Of a DNA stretch of 64,000 bases, positions 63,901 through 64,000 are shown piece by piece; the stretch's first letter is position 1; every line of letters begins with the position of its first letter. Below the pieces are notes generated by a model. It worked only from the letters and a program-made list of their open reading frames with translations, did not search any database and was not told where the DNA came from. A program made the translations under genes and the position numbers. The DNA lies in NCBI GenBank assembly GCA_037379345.1, contig CM074514.1, positions 6,944,001 through 7,008,000 on the forward strand, in the 5' to 3' direction. This DNA is from Perna viridis. Taxonomy: Eukaryota.

Positions 63901-63925
63901 ACTTCAGAATCAACACCATCCTTCC
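42423..63925 (-). CDS. sdk: Protein sidekick (Ig/FN3 cell-adhesion molecule), 5'-partial: last Ig domains, 13 FN3, TM, cytoplasmic tail with PDZ-binding motif
   Basis: Exons (minus): 63925-63755, 62208-61930, 61666-61514, 61236-61045, 60681-60067, 59595-59497, 58510-58319, 57828-57458, 57172-56947, 56599-56484, 56178-55989, 55578-55288, 54757-54562, 53625-53522, 52949-52879, 50759-50534, 49747-49632, 49118-48938, 48341-48204, 47980-47822, 47523-47398, 46963-46805, 44963-44835 ([26 protein letters not shown]), 43841-43688, 43338-43194, 42911-42423. All GT-AG and phase-consistent. 13 FN3 repeats, RQPPRPSP and the C-terminal [13 protein letters not shown] are diagnostic of Sidekick. Confidence 0.95.
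44015..44738 (+). mobile_element. HINE/Pearl-like non-autonomous element in an sdk intron
   Basis: Degenerate (GACA/GGAC) microsatellite at 44667-44705 followed by a CCCC...GGGATATAAT terminal stem-loop-like end. The left boundary is approximate. Confidence 0.4.
44835..44963 (-). CDS. sdk: sdk transmembrane exon
   Basis: [39 protein letters not shown]. Confidence 0.92.
46273..46388. repeat. About 115-bp imperfect palindrome (MITE-like hairpin)
   Basis: ATAATAGTTACTTTCGATTTTGACACTGACAATATCATGT ... ACATGATATTGTCAGTACCAAAATCAAAAGTAACTTATTAT. Confidence 0.85.
48630..48770. repeat. 48-bp tandem repeat x3
   Basis: GGTTTATTTATACAAACTTGTTCTGATTGATGTTATAGACAGGGTTTT. Confidence 0.9.
51351..51570 (-). 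CDS. sdk: Alternative sdk exon encoding a divergent second half of FN3 #10
   Basis: [20 protein letters not shown]...[22 protein letters not shown] parallels the canonical exon 50759-50534. Both start phase 0 and both are 3n+1 long. Read-through past the donor reaches a stop at 51250. Confidence 0.75.
52090..52162. repeat. Imperfect palindrome with related CATGCATG repeats at 52640-52715 (MITE-like relic)
   Basis: TATAGGATTGAACAGCTATTTTC...GAAAATAGCTGCTCAATCCTTATA. Confidence 0.7.
58530..59113. repeat. 39-bp minisatellite, about 15 copies, in an sdk intron
   Basis: CATTACCTAATAACACAAACCTTACTAAAAACAAGGAAT periodicity. Confidence 0.95.
59630..59842. repeat. About 45-bp degenerate tandem repeat x5
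   Basis: GGTGACCCAGTGGTGTAACTTGTTTGTGTTTACAATAGGTATATT. Confidence 0.8.
60067..60681 (-). CDS. sdk: sdk exon encoding FN3 #2-3
   Basis: Two tandem FN3 repeats (WQAPP...YKVQY...YEIKISAWN; W.PP...[15 protein letters not shown]). Confidence 0.93.
61930..62208 (-). CDS. sdk: sdk last Ig domain exon
   Basis: ASLPC...WKW...DGTLKI...DDGQYQC I-set Ig pattern. Confidence 0.93.
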
Positions 63926-64000
63926 CTGTTACGGAGAAAAAAATTGTAAATTTTAAGTCATAACCAACCAGAAAAAGAAAATAGAAAAAGTAAGATAAAT

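Noticed and set aside
42423-63925. Dscam or receptor tyrosine phosphatase identity for the Ig/FN3 gene
   Set aside because: Thirteen uninterrupted FN3 repeats, no phosphatase domain and the GFSSFV terminus indicate Sidekick.

Overview
AT-rich, intron-containing animal DNA; the gene and repeat content suggests a bivalve mollusc, probably an oyster (inference). Two multi-exon genes lie in tandem on the minus strand. (1) The 3' part of a Sidekick (sdk) orthologue, 42423-63925, with its 5' end outside the window: the last Ig domains, 13 FN3 repeats, a TM helix and a cytoplasmic tail ending in GFSSFV. It carries an extra, divergent exon for the second half of FN3 #10 that looks like a mutually exclusive or alternative terminal exon. 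(2) A complete, phase-consistent 14-exon model (8426-28575, about 1148 aa) for a type I membrane protein: signal peptide, mucin-like stalk, TSP1, vWA, an unnamed Cys/Trp domain, two cadherin-like repeats, TM and an acidic tail. The rest is a nested mobile-element landscape: the right end of a decayed Maverick/Polinton (C2H2 finger in frame with a packaging ATPase, GC-rich terminus), several Penelope-like RT copies sharing a structured 3' element, a young CR1/L2-group LINE inside a Penelope-like copy, a decayed BEL/Pao LTR element with TSD and PBS inside a satellite, MITE/HINE-like elements and several minisatellites. All exon coordinates were read by eye from GT-AG signals and reading-frame continuity; no database search was run.
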